64,000 bases of DNA from Ascoidea asiatica JCM 7603 (lineage: Eukaryota; Fungi; Ascomycota): contig BCKQ01000004.1 of the NCBI GenBank assembly GCA_001600695.1, positions 355,583 to 419,582 of the forward strand, in the 5' to 3' direction. This document shows, piece after piece, positions 42,435 through 53,488 of this stretch (position 1 is the stretch's first letter; each line of letters opens with the position of its first letter). Both the position numbers and the translations under genes were made by a program. Under the pieces are notes generated by a model. It had not been told where the DNA came from, made no database searches, and saw only the letters and a program-made list of their open reading frames with translations.

Positions 42435-45400
42435 TCACCAAAATTGTGCATCATTTGGTGTAAAATTTGTTAAATTTGAAAAATATCTCTTATTATTATT
42501 AGTATTAATAATATTATTATCAACATTACTATTATTATTATTGATATTGTTATTGGTATTGTTATTGATATTTATGTTACTATTATTATTCCCATTGTTA
42601 TTGATATTTGGATTAATATTTCCATTTGAATTATTGTTAATATTATTATTTTGAAAATTATTATTATAAACATTTGCTAAGTTTCCATTAGGAGGAAAAT
42701 TGGATATTTGTTGTTGGGAATTATAATTTGAATTATATTCACTTGACCATTCAGGATTTAATGGTGGTGGATCTATATAATTAACAAAATTATTATCATT
42801 ATTCTTATAGTACATTGGATTTGAATTATTTGAAACTTGTCCATTATAATTATTTGAATTTGAATTTGAATTTGAGTTACCATTAGAATTGAAATTATTC
42901 ATATTATTATTGAAATCACCAGTTGAATTAAAATTATTGGAATTGTTGATACTTAAAGCATTATTTGAATAGATTGAATTCATCTGTTGAATATTGTTGT
43001 TATTATTGTTATTATTATTACTATTATCATTTAAATCATTTGAAACTTGATTAGACATATTTTGCGAAAAATACATAGAGTCATCTTTAATTATGTTTTC
43101 ATTATTATTACTATTGTTATTATTCATATCATTCTTTGGAGATCCAGAAGAACTAATGGTTCCAGGAATTGGACTAAAATCAAAAACTTCTTGCCAATGA
43201 GAATTAACTTGATCAAAAAGTGGTTGATTTAAAAAGTCATTGGAATTATTTATAATATTTTCAACTCCTAATTCACCATTTGATTTTTTTCCATTTATTA
43301 ATTGTCGTACATATTGATCATCTGAATTTGTATTCGATAATGCTAAGTTGAATAAATTATCCATTTGATTTTCCATAAAAATATCTTTGAGAATATTATC
43401 ATAATTTAATGAAGGAGTTCTTGTATTATTATTGTTATTATTATTATTTGAAATATTATCAAAATCACTTTTTGAAATTTCATTTGAAACTTTTTGAGAA
43501 ACATTATTTATTAACGAATTAGAATTTTCATAATTGGAATTTTTATCACTTATAACAGGACCAAAATTAGAACTCATATTTAAAGGTGGCCGCTGATTAG
43601 AAAATACTACTTCATTATTTCCAAAATTATTTATATTAGCATTGGTATTATTATTGATATTATTATGAGTATCACCATTAAAACTACTCATATTCGGTGA
43701 CCAAGTATTTGTTAAATTACTAGTTCTACCAGTACTATAATTATTTCTATTATTATTATTATCCTTTACTACTTGAGGAATTGATGAATTACTAGAAGGT
43801 GGTTCTATCAGTTCACTTCTTTGATTTAGTCTTGAAGAAACACTTGGTGAATTATATAATGATGAAGTTTGTGATGAAGAAGCAGAAATTGTGGATAATG
43901 GACTTGGATTATAACTTTTCTTTAATGATAAATCTTTGATTTCAATAAAATTTGGTTTAAGACTTTCAATTGCTTTATCTTTACCTAATTCATTTAATAA
44001 AACAACTAAAGATTTATTTGAAGTACTTGTAGTTATAGAATCTCTTTGGTTACCTAAATCTAAGAAATTATTCAAAGTATTTACATCAAGAAAATCTAAA
44101 TCTTCAATAATTTTTAACCAAGATTTGATTTTAATTAAAATTAAAAACATTTTATTTAAAATAATTGAATTTTGTGAATATGTTTTATATTTATAATAAA
44201 AATCATTAAAAATTTCAATTAAATTAAAATCTATTTTTCTTATAGAATCTGTATGATCAGAAGCTTTTGAATGTTGAATAATTAATTTTATCATAATTTT
44301 TGCTTTTAATAAACTTATTAAAGCATTCATTGGTCTATAATTAAAAAAAGTTGGAATATGAATAGTTTGTTGACAAGTTATGATAAATAAAGATATTAAA
44401 CTTTTTGAAGAATTAATTAACTTTTTTAATATTAGAAAATAAAATTCAAAAATTTTTGAATATTCTGATTTTTCTAAATTATGTTTTTCATCAAAAAATA
44501 ATGTTGAAGTTAAAATTTTACAAATTATATGATCATACATTGTCATTAAAATTTGATTATAAGTTAAACCAACAAGATAATTTTCTTTGGCGGAAGATGT
44601 ATTATCAGTTAATCTATAATCATACATTAATTTCATTAATTTATTTTCATAATTAGAGATTATTTCACTTAATTCATTTGAAGTTAAAAATTGAATTTTA
44701 TCATTTTTAAAAGAATCTTTTGAAGTGATTTTTTTAGGTAAATCACTTGAATCTGAAGGAGTAGTATTTAAAGAATCAATTTTATCAGAGAAATCTAATT
44801 CATAATTAGTTGAAAAAAAAGATTGAATATCTTGACCAATTGATAATAATCTAGATAAATAACTTAAATAAACATCAACTCTATCATTATCATTATCGAT
44901 ATTTTGTTTAGATTTTGATTTAGATTTAGTATTTGAGTTTGAATTTGAATTTATATTTGAAGTTGGACTTGAATTTATATCACTTATAAAGGCTTGAGCA
45001 CATTTTTCATGTACAGAACTCCAATTAACTAATTTAAATTTTGGTAAAGATAAACCTAAAGAGGCACAAGAACAATAATTTGCAAGAAAACATCTAATTA
45101 ATCTTTTATCATCAATTGATAAAGGTAAATTTTTACTTAAACTATTATTAACAATTTCATTTGATTTTGATTTTAAATCTAAAATTAAATTTAAATTAAA
45201 ACTTAATAATAAATCTAATTGATGTTTAAAACTACCCCATTTTTTTGGAGGAGAATTCCAAATTGATAAAACTAAATATGAACTTATTAAATCTATGGTT
45301 ATATCACCAGTTATACAAACTCTTTGAGATAAATTTTTTTCTAAATAATAAGATAATTTATCATGTAATTCAACATCATTTTTATTTAAACAAGTTGAAG

Positions 45401-46487
45401 TTATAAAAGTTAATAATAATAAAGGTTTATTTTTTATCATATAATCAAAAGAATAATGATTTGGAATTTTAATTATTGGCCAAAATGGTAATAAATTTTT
45501 TTTAAAAAAATTAAATTTTGAAATTGCAGATTGATAAGTTAAAAATTTTAATCTAATTAATTCTTCTAATAAATTTCTTTCATATGGAATTGGAGGTAAT
45601 TTTGAAATTTTATGAACAGGACCATCTTTCAAACTTGAAATTGAAGAAGATCTTTGTAAAGGAGTTGAATCAATTAATAGATTTGAGTTTGAATTCGATG
45701 TTGAGTTTAAGTCAGGACTTGAATTTGAATTTGAATTTGAAGATATTAGTTTTTTTTGATTCAATAAAGTTGTTTTTTCTTCAATAATATTTGATAAAGT
45801 TAATTGTAATTCTAATAATTGATTTTGAGAAGAATATAATTTATCAATTTCATTTTTTAAAGAAGATTCAGATTGATTATTGTTATTTGGATTTATTTGA
45901 GATTTTATATAATCAATTGATTGAAATACTTGAAAGATTGAATCTTCAATAGATAAAGAAAACTGAGAATTTTTACTTACATTAGTATTATTACTATTTG
46001 AATTAGTTGTATTATTACTGTTATTATTATTATTATTTGAATTTCTTTGTCTTTTTCTTGGTCTTGTAGTTTTAAATTTACTTGTTGGATCATGATATAA
46101 GGAACATTCAACACCTGCTGAAAAACATCTTTTACAAGAAGTATAAGAAGGATCATCATAAGCACATCTCATTTTTAATCTATGACATCTAGCGCAAGCT
46201 CTAACTTGTCTCCATTTATTTGCAAATTCTGAAGTGGTATTTGGATTAGTTTTTCGATTCTTATCATTTATATCATTATTATCATTATTGTTATTACTAT
46301 CTATATTTTCAGATTTTGGAGTTGGAATTAGATTATTGGAATCCATTTTTTTTTTACTACTACCACTGATATTACTGGTATTACTACTACTCTTGACATC
46401 GATATTGGCGGTATTGGGAGTATTGGAAGCTGGAGTTGTTGTAGAAGAAGCACCTATATTTGCTTTATTTGAATCAATTTTCTTCAT
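42435..46487 (-). CDS. Zn(II)2Cys6 transcription factor (War1-like) with a long Asn-rich C-terminus
   Basis: RACARCHRLKMRC..CKRC..C cluster and a middle domain with KPLLLL and YLVLSIW; orthology uncertain. Confidence 0.85.
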   Translation of the reverse strand: MKKIDSNKANIGASSTTTPASNTPNTANIDVKSSSNTSNISGSSKKKMDSNNLIPTPKSENIDSNNNNDNNDINDKNRKTNPNTTSEFANKWRQVRACARCHRLKMRCAYDDPSYTSCKRCFSAGVECSLYHDPTSKFKTTRPRKRQRNSNNNNNNSNNTTNSNSNNTNVSKNSQFSLSIEDSIFQVFQSIDYIKSQINPNNNNQSESSLKNEIDKLYSSQNQLLELQLTLSNIIEEKTTLLNQKKLISSNSNSNSSPDLNSTSNSNSNLLIDSTPLQRSSSISSLKDGPVHKISKLPPIPYERNLLEELIRLKFLTYQSAISKFNFFKKNLLPFWPIIKIPNHYSFDYMIKNKPLLLLTFITSTCLNKNDVELHDKLSYYLEKNLSQRVCITGDITIDLISSYLVLSIWNSPPKKWGSFKHQLDLLLSFNLNLILDLKSKSNEIVNNSLSKNLPLSIDDKRLIRCFLANYCSCASLGLSLPKFKLVNWSSVHEKCAQAFISDINSSPTSNINSNSNSNTKSKSKSKQNIDNDNDRVDVYLSYLSRLLSIGQDIQSFFSTNYELDFSDKIDSLNTTPSDSSDLPKKITSKDSFKNDKIQFLTSNELSEIISNYENKLMKLMYDYRLTDNTSSAKENYLVGLTYNQILMTMYDHIICKILTSTLFFDEKHNLEKSEYSKIFEFYFLILKKLINSSKSLISLFIITCQQTIHIPTFFNYRPMNALISLLKAKIMIKLIIQHSKASDHTDSIRKIDFNLIEIFNDFYYKYKTYSQNSIILNKMFLILIKIKSWLKIIEDLDFLDVNTLNNFLDLGNQRDSITTSTSNKSLVVLLNELGKDKAIESLKPNFIEIKDLSLKKSYNPSPLSTISASSSQTSSLYNSPSVSSRLNQRSELIEPPSSNSSIPQVVKDNNNNRNNYSTGRTSNLTNTWSPNMSSFNGDTHNNINNNTNANINNFGNNEVVFSNQRPPLNMSSNFGPVISDKNSNYENSNSLINNVSQKVSNEISKSDFDNISNNNNNNNNTRTPSLNYDNILKDIFMENQMDNLFNLALSNTNSDDQYVRQLINGKKSNGELGVENIINNSNDFLNQPLFDQVNSHWQEVFDFSPIPGTISSSGSPKNDMNNNNSNNNENIIKDDSMYFSQNMSNQVSNDLNDNSNNNNNNNNNIQQMNSIYSNNALSINNSNNFNSTGDFNNNMNNFNSNGNSNSNSNSNNYNGQVSNNSNPMYYKNNDNNFVNYIDPPPLNPEWSSEYNSNYNSQQQISNFPPNGNLANVYNNNFQNNNINNNSNGNINPNINNNGNNNSNININNNTNNNINNNNSNVDNNIINTNNNKRYFSNLTNFTPNDAQFW

Positions 46488-47556
46488 CTCTTTTTAAAAT
46501 ATTTTAATTTTTTTTCTTCCTGATGGTTATTCTGAAAACTGGAAATGGGTAATATCAGTGAGATTAAATATATAAATGATATACATTTACAAATACAAAT
46601 GCAAATAATTGAATAATTATATGAATTGAAATAAAAAAAAAATAATTATTTTCATTTGATTTGAATCTGGTTAGTTAATTAGTTAGTTAATTTATTGAAT
46701 TATATTAAATCCAGTGCCAGGGCCTTTGGATTTAGCGCCAATGCTCCAGATTATTAGCTCGATAAATCTGAACCGCCGAAGGTTCAGTGCGAATTCATTG
46801 CAATTTAGTGCGTTTGGTGAATATTTGGCGTAGTTTTTGTATGGTTTTCGCGTAGTTTTCGTTCAAAAAGCCAAAATTGGCCGGAGAATCATGGCTAATT
46901 CCAGAAACAGCAGAATCTGAAAGAGCACCGGAGAACCTGAAGCAGAAAGAAACAGAAAGCAAAAAAAAGAAGAGAAGAGAAATAAACTGAAGGACTTGCT
47001 ACTACTGTTTGCGGTGGTTTTGCTTCTTCTGCTTCTTCTGCTTCCAGTTCAAGAAGGACTCTAACCCTGTTTCGGGGGTCTGCTTCTTCTATTTCTTCTT
47101 CTTCTGCTCGTACTAAGCGCACTGGCACTGGCCACACATATTCCAGCAGTATCTGGAACTGAGATGAGGGTGAAAGTGGTCAGCTAGAGTACTACTACTC
47201 TTTAATCTGGATGCTGGGTGTTGTAGTTTTTGAGAACTGTTTCCAGCCAATCACTCACCGCGAAATGTCATTTCTGTTGCCAGATAAAGCACAGATACGT
47301 TTAAGTGCATCATCCGGAAATGTCAAAACCAATTCACCGGGTGTAATGCTCTATTACTTTAGAATGCATAATTCCATAATTCATTTAACACCACAGTTAT
47401 GGGTCTTTCCTTCTCCAGTTTTATATTTGAAATCTCATTTTTATCCTAATTTAATTTGATGATTGATTGATATAAGGATAAATAAATTATATTTGGAAAT
47501 AATAAATTCAATCAACATATTTATTATATATTATACTTATTATTATTATTATTAAA

Positions 47557-48111
47557 ATGGATCCATTGGCAGGAAAAGTATCTCCCTTGAGAAGACTTTG
47601 GCATAAATGGCGTTCTTTGAAAAATGTACCATTTAGAAAAAAATTCTTTATTGGTTATGATTTAAATGGTAATACATATTGGGAATTTTTTCTTGAAAAT
47701 TTTAATTCAAATCAAAGATTAAGAAGAATAATTAATTATAAAGATAATAGAAAACATTATGAAAAACAAGAAATACCGACACAATGGATGCAATGGTTAA
47801 GACATACAAGAACTAAAAGTCCAACAATTAATGATTTAATTGCAGATGAACAAAGACAAGAAGCAATGAAATTATTAGCAAAACAAGCTGATGAAAGATG
47901 GAAATCAAATTCAAATTTAACAACTAGTAATAATATTATTAATAATAAAAATATATTAAATTCAATGATTGGAAAAATAAATAAATTAGATATTAATAAT
48001 AAAAGATCAATTGAAATTCAAGAAGAAGTTAAAAAAAATGATAAATTCTCAAAAAATAAAAAGATTAATGAAAGTCCAATTGAAACTGCAAATTTTAAAC
48101 CATCAAGATAA
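47557..48111 (+). CDS. NDUFA12/NDUFAF2-family complex I assembly factor (N7BML-like)
   Basis: PFRKKFFIGYDL.GNTYWEF, RRI and IP.QW.QWLRHTR..SPT..L..D..RQ are fungal NDUFAF2-like motifs. Confidence 0.85.
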   Translation: MDPLAGKVSPLRRLWHKWRSLKNVPFRKKFFIGYDLNGNTYWEFFLENFNSNQRLRRIINYKDNRKHYEKQEIPTQWMQWLRHTRTKSPTINDLIADEQRQEAMKLLAKQADERWKSNSNLTTSNNIINNKNILNSMIGKINKLDINNKRSIEIQEEVKKNDKFSKNKKINESPIETANFKPSR

Positions 48112-48353
48112 GTAATTATTAATGTCATTATTACTCTCTTTTATATCTCACTATCTTGTATATATACATAAGATATATATTACTATATTCATATATTAAT
48201 TTTATATAAATTTATCTTAAAATAAAAATAAACGAACGAATTTTTCTAACTAGAAAAAATTAAAAAAAAAAGACATTGAGAGCATGTAATAAAAAAATAC
48301 TATTAAGAAAAAAACTATATTCTAATAAACAATCTGAATCAATTTAAACAATT

Positions 48354-49816
48354 TTAAACCATTTTATTCATTCTGTATTGTTGTTGTTGATAAGCTTGAT
48401 ATTGTGCATATTCATTTGGGTTTATAGCATTATGATTTATCACATTTTGATTATTCATTACTTGATTTGGTACTTGTTGTTGCATTTGAGATTGTTGCTG
48501 TTGTTGCTGTTGCTGTTGCTGTTGTTGATATTGAGCCAAATATTGATTTTGTTGCTGTTGTTGTTGCATTTGATTATAATTCAATTGATCAAGATGATTT
48601 AAAGAATTGATTGAGTTTCTTAAATTTATTGAATTTATTCTATTTAAATTTCCATCATATAAATCATTATTATTATTCATATTATTATTCATATTATTAT
48701 TCATATTGTTATTCATATTATTGTTCATATTATTATTAATATTATTAGATAAATTTGGAGTTAAATTATTATTAATTGTATTATCATTAAGATTATTTAA
48801 ATTTGAATTTATATTTATATTTGATAAAATTGGTTGTTGATAATATTCTGCAAACCATTGATGATTTAAAGCATTTCTAGCACTAATTCTTGATTCTGGT
48901 TTCATTTGTAAAAGTGATGTTAAAAGATTTAAAGCTAATGGATCAATATTTGGTATTAATTGATTTAAATCTGTTGGTAAATATAAATCATAATTTGTTT
49001 TATAATTTGGTAATTGTGAAACTCCAGGCCATGTTCTTTCTGTTGGAGTTCCCATAATTTTAAATATTGTAATTAATTGATCTTCATTCGATGAACCTTG
49101 AAATAATGGTCTACCTGTAAACATTTCTGCTAATATACAACCTGCAGACCAAATATCTATTGAAGTTGAATAATTTTTTGAACCCATTAAAACATCTGGA
49201 GCTCTATACCAAAGTGTTACAACTTCATTTGAAAATGTATTAACAGGTATACCAAAAGCTCTTGCTAAACCAAAATCACCTAATTTTAATTCACCTTTTG
49301 AACTTATAAGTAAATTTTGTGGTTTTAAATCTCTATGAAGTACTCTATTATCATGACAAAACATTATACCTTTTAATAATTGAAACATAAAAGATTTAAC
49401 AATTGGTGGATCTAAAGCACCATTATGACCTTGAGTATCCATATATTTTTTTAAATCTTTATCTAAATGTTCAAAAACTAAAGTTAATTTTTTTTCTGTA
49501 TGAATAACATCATATAAAGAAACAATATTTTCATGTTTTAATTCTTTCATTAAAGAAATTTCTCTAATTGCTGTTGAAGGTGTTCCTTCTTCAGAATCTA
49601 AATTTATTTCTTTTAAAGCAACCAAAGTTCCTGTTGAACTATTACGACCTTTATAAACTGTAGCATAAGTACCTTCACCTAATTTTTCTAATCTTTATTA
49701 ATTCAAGAGAAAAAGAAAACAACAAAAGTTTGTTAGTTTAAGTTCTATTAAATGTGATTAAAAACATAGGAGTTATATATATAAAAAATCACTTACTGTA
49801 CGAAATTGGAGGACAT
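48354..49816 (-). CDS. PHO85: Cyclin-dependent kinase Pho85; exons 49816-49797 and 49692-48354
   Basis: Spliced N-terminus [24 protein letters not shown]; [26 protein letters not shown] and [30 protein letters not shown]. Confidence 0.94.
49693..49796 (-). other. Spliceosomal intron (104 nt) in PHO85
   Basis: GTAAGT donor at 49796, AACTAAC branch at 49738-49732, pyrimidine tract, first downstream AG is AAG ending at 49693; join CA|A gives Gln in frame. Confidence 0.85.
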
Positions 49817-50478
49817 TTTACTTATTATTATTATGAAATCAATAAAGAGAATGAATAATTAAAAAAAAGTAAAATTAAAATATAACAATATTTAATAATG
49901 ATTGTTTATAAAAGATAACGATAAAGATAATTGAAAAAATACTTGTATTATTGATAATCACTGTAAGTTATTTAATATTGTATTTATTTATTATTCTATT
50001 GTATTTATTGAATACCCATGAATTTCCAGAGCCCACGAGAGTCAAAGTTAAAAGAAGTAAAATTCAATTTCTCGTGTCGCGCGAAGCCAGCAGTGTGGGT
50101 CATGCTTAGCTAGGTACAAGCATGTATTAATATTCACTATTTAAACTTCCGTATAACGGAATAATTCCGCATACGGATATTACACGGACACACGTAAATT
50201 AAAATGAGAATAAAATAAAATTAAACAAATGAATAAATAAATGAATAAATGAAATGAAATAAATAGTTAAAGACGCGTCACAAAAACAAAACAATTTCAA
50301 AACAAGAATATATGAAAAAAAAAATACTAAACTAAGTCTTTATAATATAACGTTATTAAAATGTAATAAAGAATATCCATTAACAGAAGACAATAAGACA
50401 ATAAAGCAATAAGACAATAAGATAATAAGACAATGAAAGAACCTTTAGGCATCGAAGGAATTTCCCTTTTCTTTTGCT

Positions 50479-52416
50479 TTAAACTCTTTCTTCTGCTTTT
50501 CTTACAAGGGTATCCCAATTTACATTTAATGCAAAATATGTTTGAATTGAACCTATTAAAAATAATCCAATTCCAATACCAATCCATAAACCATTTAATT
50601 TTAAATTGAAATAAAATGCTAAAATTAAACTTAAAGGTATTGCAATGAAGTAATAAATTGAAAAATTTATTATACAACCTTTAATTTGTTGACCTTGACC
50701 TCTTAAAATTGAACCAGAAACTGCATTAATTGAATCAAAAATTTGAACAATTGAAACTATTGGTAAAATTTTTATAATTAAATCACCACCATCATTACTA
50801 AATAAATTTCCAATTGTTTTTTTAAAGTTAAAAAGTAAAAAACAATTAATTAATCCAATAATTATTGACATAATTAAACCAATTATACAAGATTTTTTAC
50901 TTTCTTCAATTTTTTTTGCACCAATAAAATTTGCAACTCTTGTTGATGATGCTATACCAACAGCAAATGGAATCATATAAATTAATGAAGCAATTGATGA
51001 TACAGAAGATTGTGCAGCTAATTCTGCAATACCAAAATACGTTGAAAATAATGTTAAAATTTCATAACTTAAATTTTCTGCTTCTAACATTATAACACCA
51101 GGTATTGCAAATTCTAATAAATTTTTCCAATGTTTAAATGAATTTTTATTTATTTTTATCCAACATTTTTTACCATTAATAAAAATTATATATAAAATTA
51201 AAAATAAACACATTAAATAAAAATTTATTACAGTTGAAATTGGAGCACCAATATAACCAAGACCAAATTTTGAATTCCAAACTAAGAAATATGTTAAAAA
51301 TATATTAATTGGAGCAGAAATAAATAAAACATAAGTACCAGCTTCAAAAATTCCTTGAGCTTGTAAAAATCTTTTTAAATTTTCAAAAATTATAAATGGT
51401 GGTACACCAATAATTAAAATTCTTAAAAATAATACAGTTAAATGAATTGTTTTTTTATCATTTAAAATATAATTAAATAATAAAATATCAGAAAACCACC
51501 AAATTATTGAAAATGGTATAAATAAAAAAAAAGATAAAAAAATTGATCTTTGAGTATGTAAACCAAGAGCTTTAAATTTTCCTGCACCATAAGCTTGTGG
51601 ACATAAAGTATCTAAAGAAGTTGCAATACCTTCAAAAATTGCTAAAGTTATAGTTGAAGTCATTGAAGCTAATGAACATGCACCAAGTTCAATTTTACCT
51701 AATTTTGCAACAGAAATTGTACAAGCAACAGAAAATATTTGTTCTAATAAAAAAGTTATAATTAATGGAATTGAATTATAACATAAAATTTTAAATTCTG
51801 ATGAATAAGTTACAGTATCATTAAATAAATCATTATTTGAATCCTTTGATTCTATAGAAATAATATCATTATTAATATTATTATTATTATTAACATTATT
51901 ATTATTATTATTTTTATTTTTATTCATTAATTTATTATTTATTGAACCATAATTACCAAAATTATTAATTAATGGAAGTAAAGATTGAAATTCATTATTA
52001 TTTTTAATGGAATCTTTACTATTATTATTAGATTCATTCATATAAGTTGGTAATGAATGTATTGAAGATATATCATTATTATTGATATTATTTATATTTA
52101 TGTTATTATTATTCTTGTTGTTGTTGTTAACGGCTTGATTATTATTATTATTATTATTGATGTTATTAATGGCAGTGGATTGATCATTTTTATCATCATC
52201 ATCATCATCATCATCATCGACTAAATCTAGATCAGAAGGTAAAGAACAAAGAGATAAGAAACTTCTTTGATCATCATTAAAATTCGAATTTGGATGTTTT
52301 AAAGGTGGAATAAAAGTACATATTGAAACTTTTCTTTTAATTTTTCCACCAAAAGTTGGACCAGTTAAACTAGTTCTATTTTTTTTCAAAGCTTTCGGGA
52401 ATATCTGTGGAATCAT
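50479..52416 (-). CDS. MATE-family multidrug/toxin efflux transporter (Erc1/YDR338C-like)
   Basis: IFEGIATSLDTLCPQAYGA, FENLKRFLQAQG, ASSTRVANFIGA and SILRGQGQQ..G; about 12 hydrophobic segments. Confidence 0.92.
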   Translation of the reverse strand: MIPQIFPKALKKNRTSLTGPTFGGKIKRKVSICTFIPPLKHPNSNFNDDQRSFLSLCSLPSDLDLVDDDDDDDDDKNDQSTAINNINNNNNNNQAVNNNNKNNNNININNINNNDISSIHSLPTYMNESNNNSKDSIKNNNEFQSLLPLINNFGNYGSINNKLMNKNKNNNNNNVNNNNNINNDIISIESKDSNNDLFNDTVTYSSEFKILCYNSIPLIITFLLEQIFSVACTISVAKLGKIELGACSLASMTSTITLAIFEGIATSLDTLCPQAYGAGKFKALGLHTQRSIFLSFFLFIPFSIIWWFSDILLFNYILNDKKTIHLTVLFLRILIIGVPPFIIFENLKRFLQAQGIFEAGTYVLFISAPINIFLTYFLVWNSKFGLGYIGAPISTVINFYLMCLFLILYIIFINGKKCWIKINKNSFKHWKNLLEFAIPGVIMLEAENLSYEILTLFSTYFGIAELAAQSSVSSIASLIYMIPFAVGIASSTRVANFIGAKKIEESKKSCIIGLIMSIIIGLINCFLLFNFKKTIGNLFSNDGGDLIIKILPIVSIVQIFDSINAVSGSILRGQGQQIKGCIINFSIYYFIAIPLSLILAFYFNLKLNGLWIGIGIGLFLIGSIQTYFALNVNWDTLVRKAEERV

Positions 52417-53488
52417 TAATTATATTATAAAGAAAAAGTATATATGAAAATGTTTTTTTATTTAGCTATAGTTAGATAACCGATAAATATAAATCAGTAA
52501 TGGAAATAAACAGAGATTATCTTTGGTGTATGGAGAAATTTGTATTGTTGATTTAGAAATTTGAAATTAAATATTATATTATAAATTATTTTGTATTATT
52601 GGGTATTATATTATATTATATTTTTGTATTATTATTGTATATTATTTTATATTATTTTATGTTGTTAAATTTATAATGGATAATTTGAATTTTATAATTT
52701 ACACGGTGATTATGGCTATATAAATATAAATAGGTCATAGGTCATATACTTTTCAATTTATTAGGCTATTGAGTACTGGCGGTAACTTTAGCAAATATTT
52801 CGAAGACTGGTTTCGAAGTAAAGTTTACACTTTATCAAATTGTCTATGTATGTGATATTTATATTTATACTAGACACTACCAGTACTTATTACATTATTA
52901 TATTTATTACATTATTATTATGTATTTGGAGATTGTTGGAGAAGAGAATAAAAGCAGGCTATTCGAGAATAATCAAGTGTGAAAAGAAACTGAGTGACGA
53001 GTCATGAGCTGAATGAATTTCAATTTCAGGGTGAAACCGAAACACCAATGGGAAAGTAAAGTAATAAAGCAGTGTAAGAAACACTGCTACAGTAGTTGAA
53101 TCTCTCTATGCAATATGTTTAATGTATTCAATATATCAAATACGATAATGGTAATAAACCTGGATAACAATGAACAGTAAATAGAGTGGCGTTGAAGAAG
53201 TGTTTCTGTTGCTTCTGCTGTTTCTGGTGCCTTTGCGTTTGCCACTGCAAATCGATACACAAACAGAAACAGGCAATCAACTGAAAAGATACCTGCAATA
53301 AACACCAATCACTCTCGTCAGAAGATTATAAAGACTATGAAGACAATGAAGAATACTTTCTTTTAGTCATTTAAGAAATATTCAGTGGTAGATACAATTA
53401 TTATCATTATCAATATCAGTAATCATAATCTCAATATCAATATTCATATCAATAATAATATCAATATATATATGATCAATTTATTAAA

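Noticed and set aside
46895-47137. 80-aa Glu/Ala-rich ORF
   Set aside because: GTG start; produced by the GAAGCAGAA promoter repeats.
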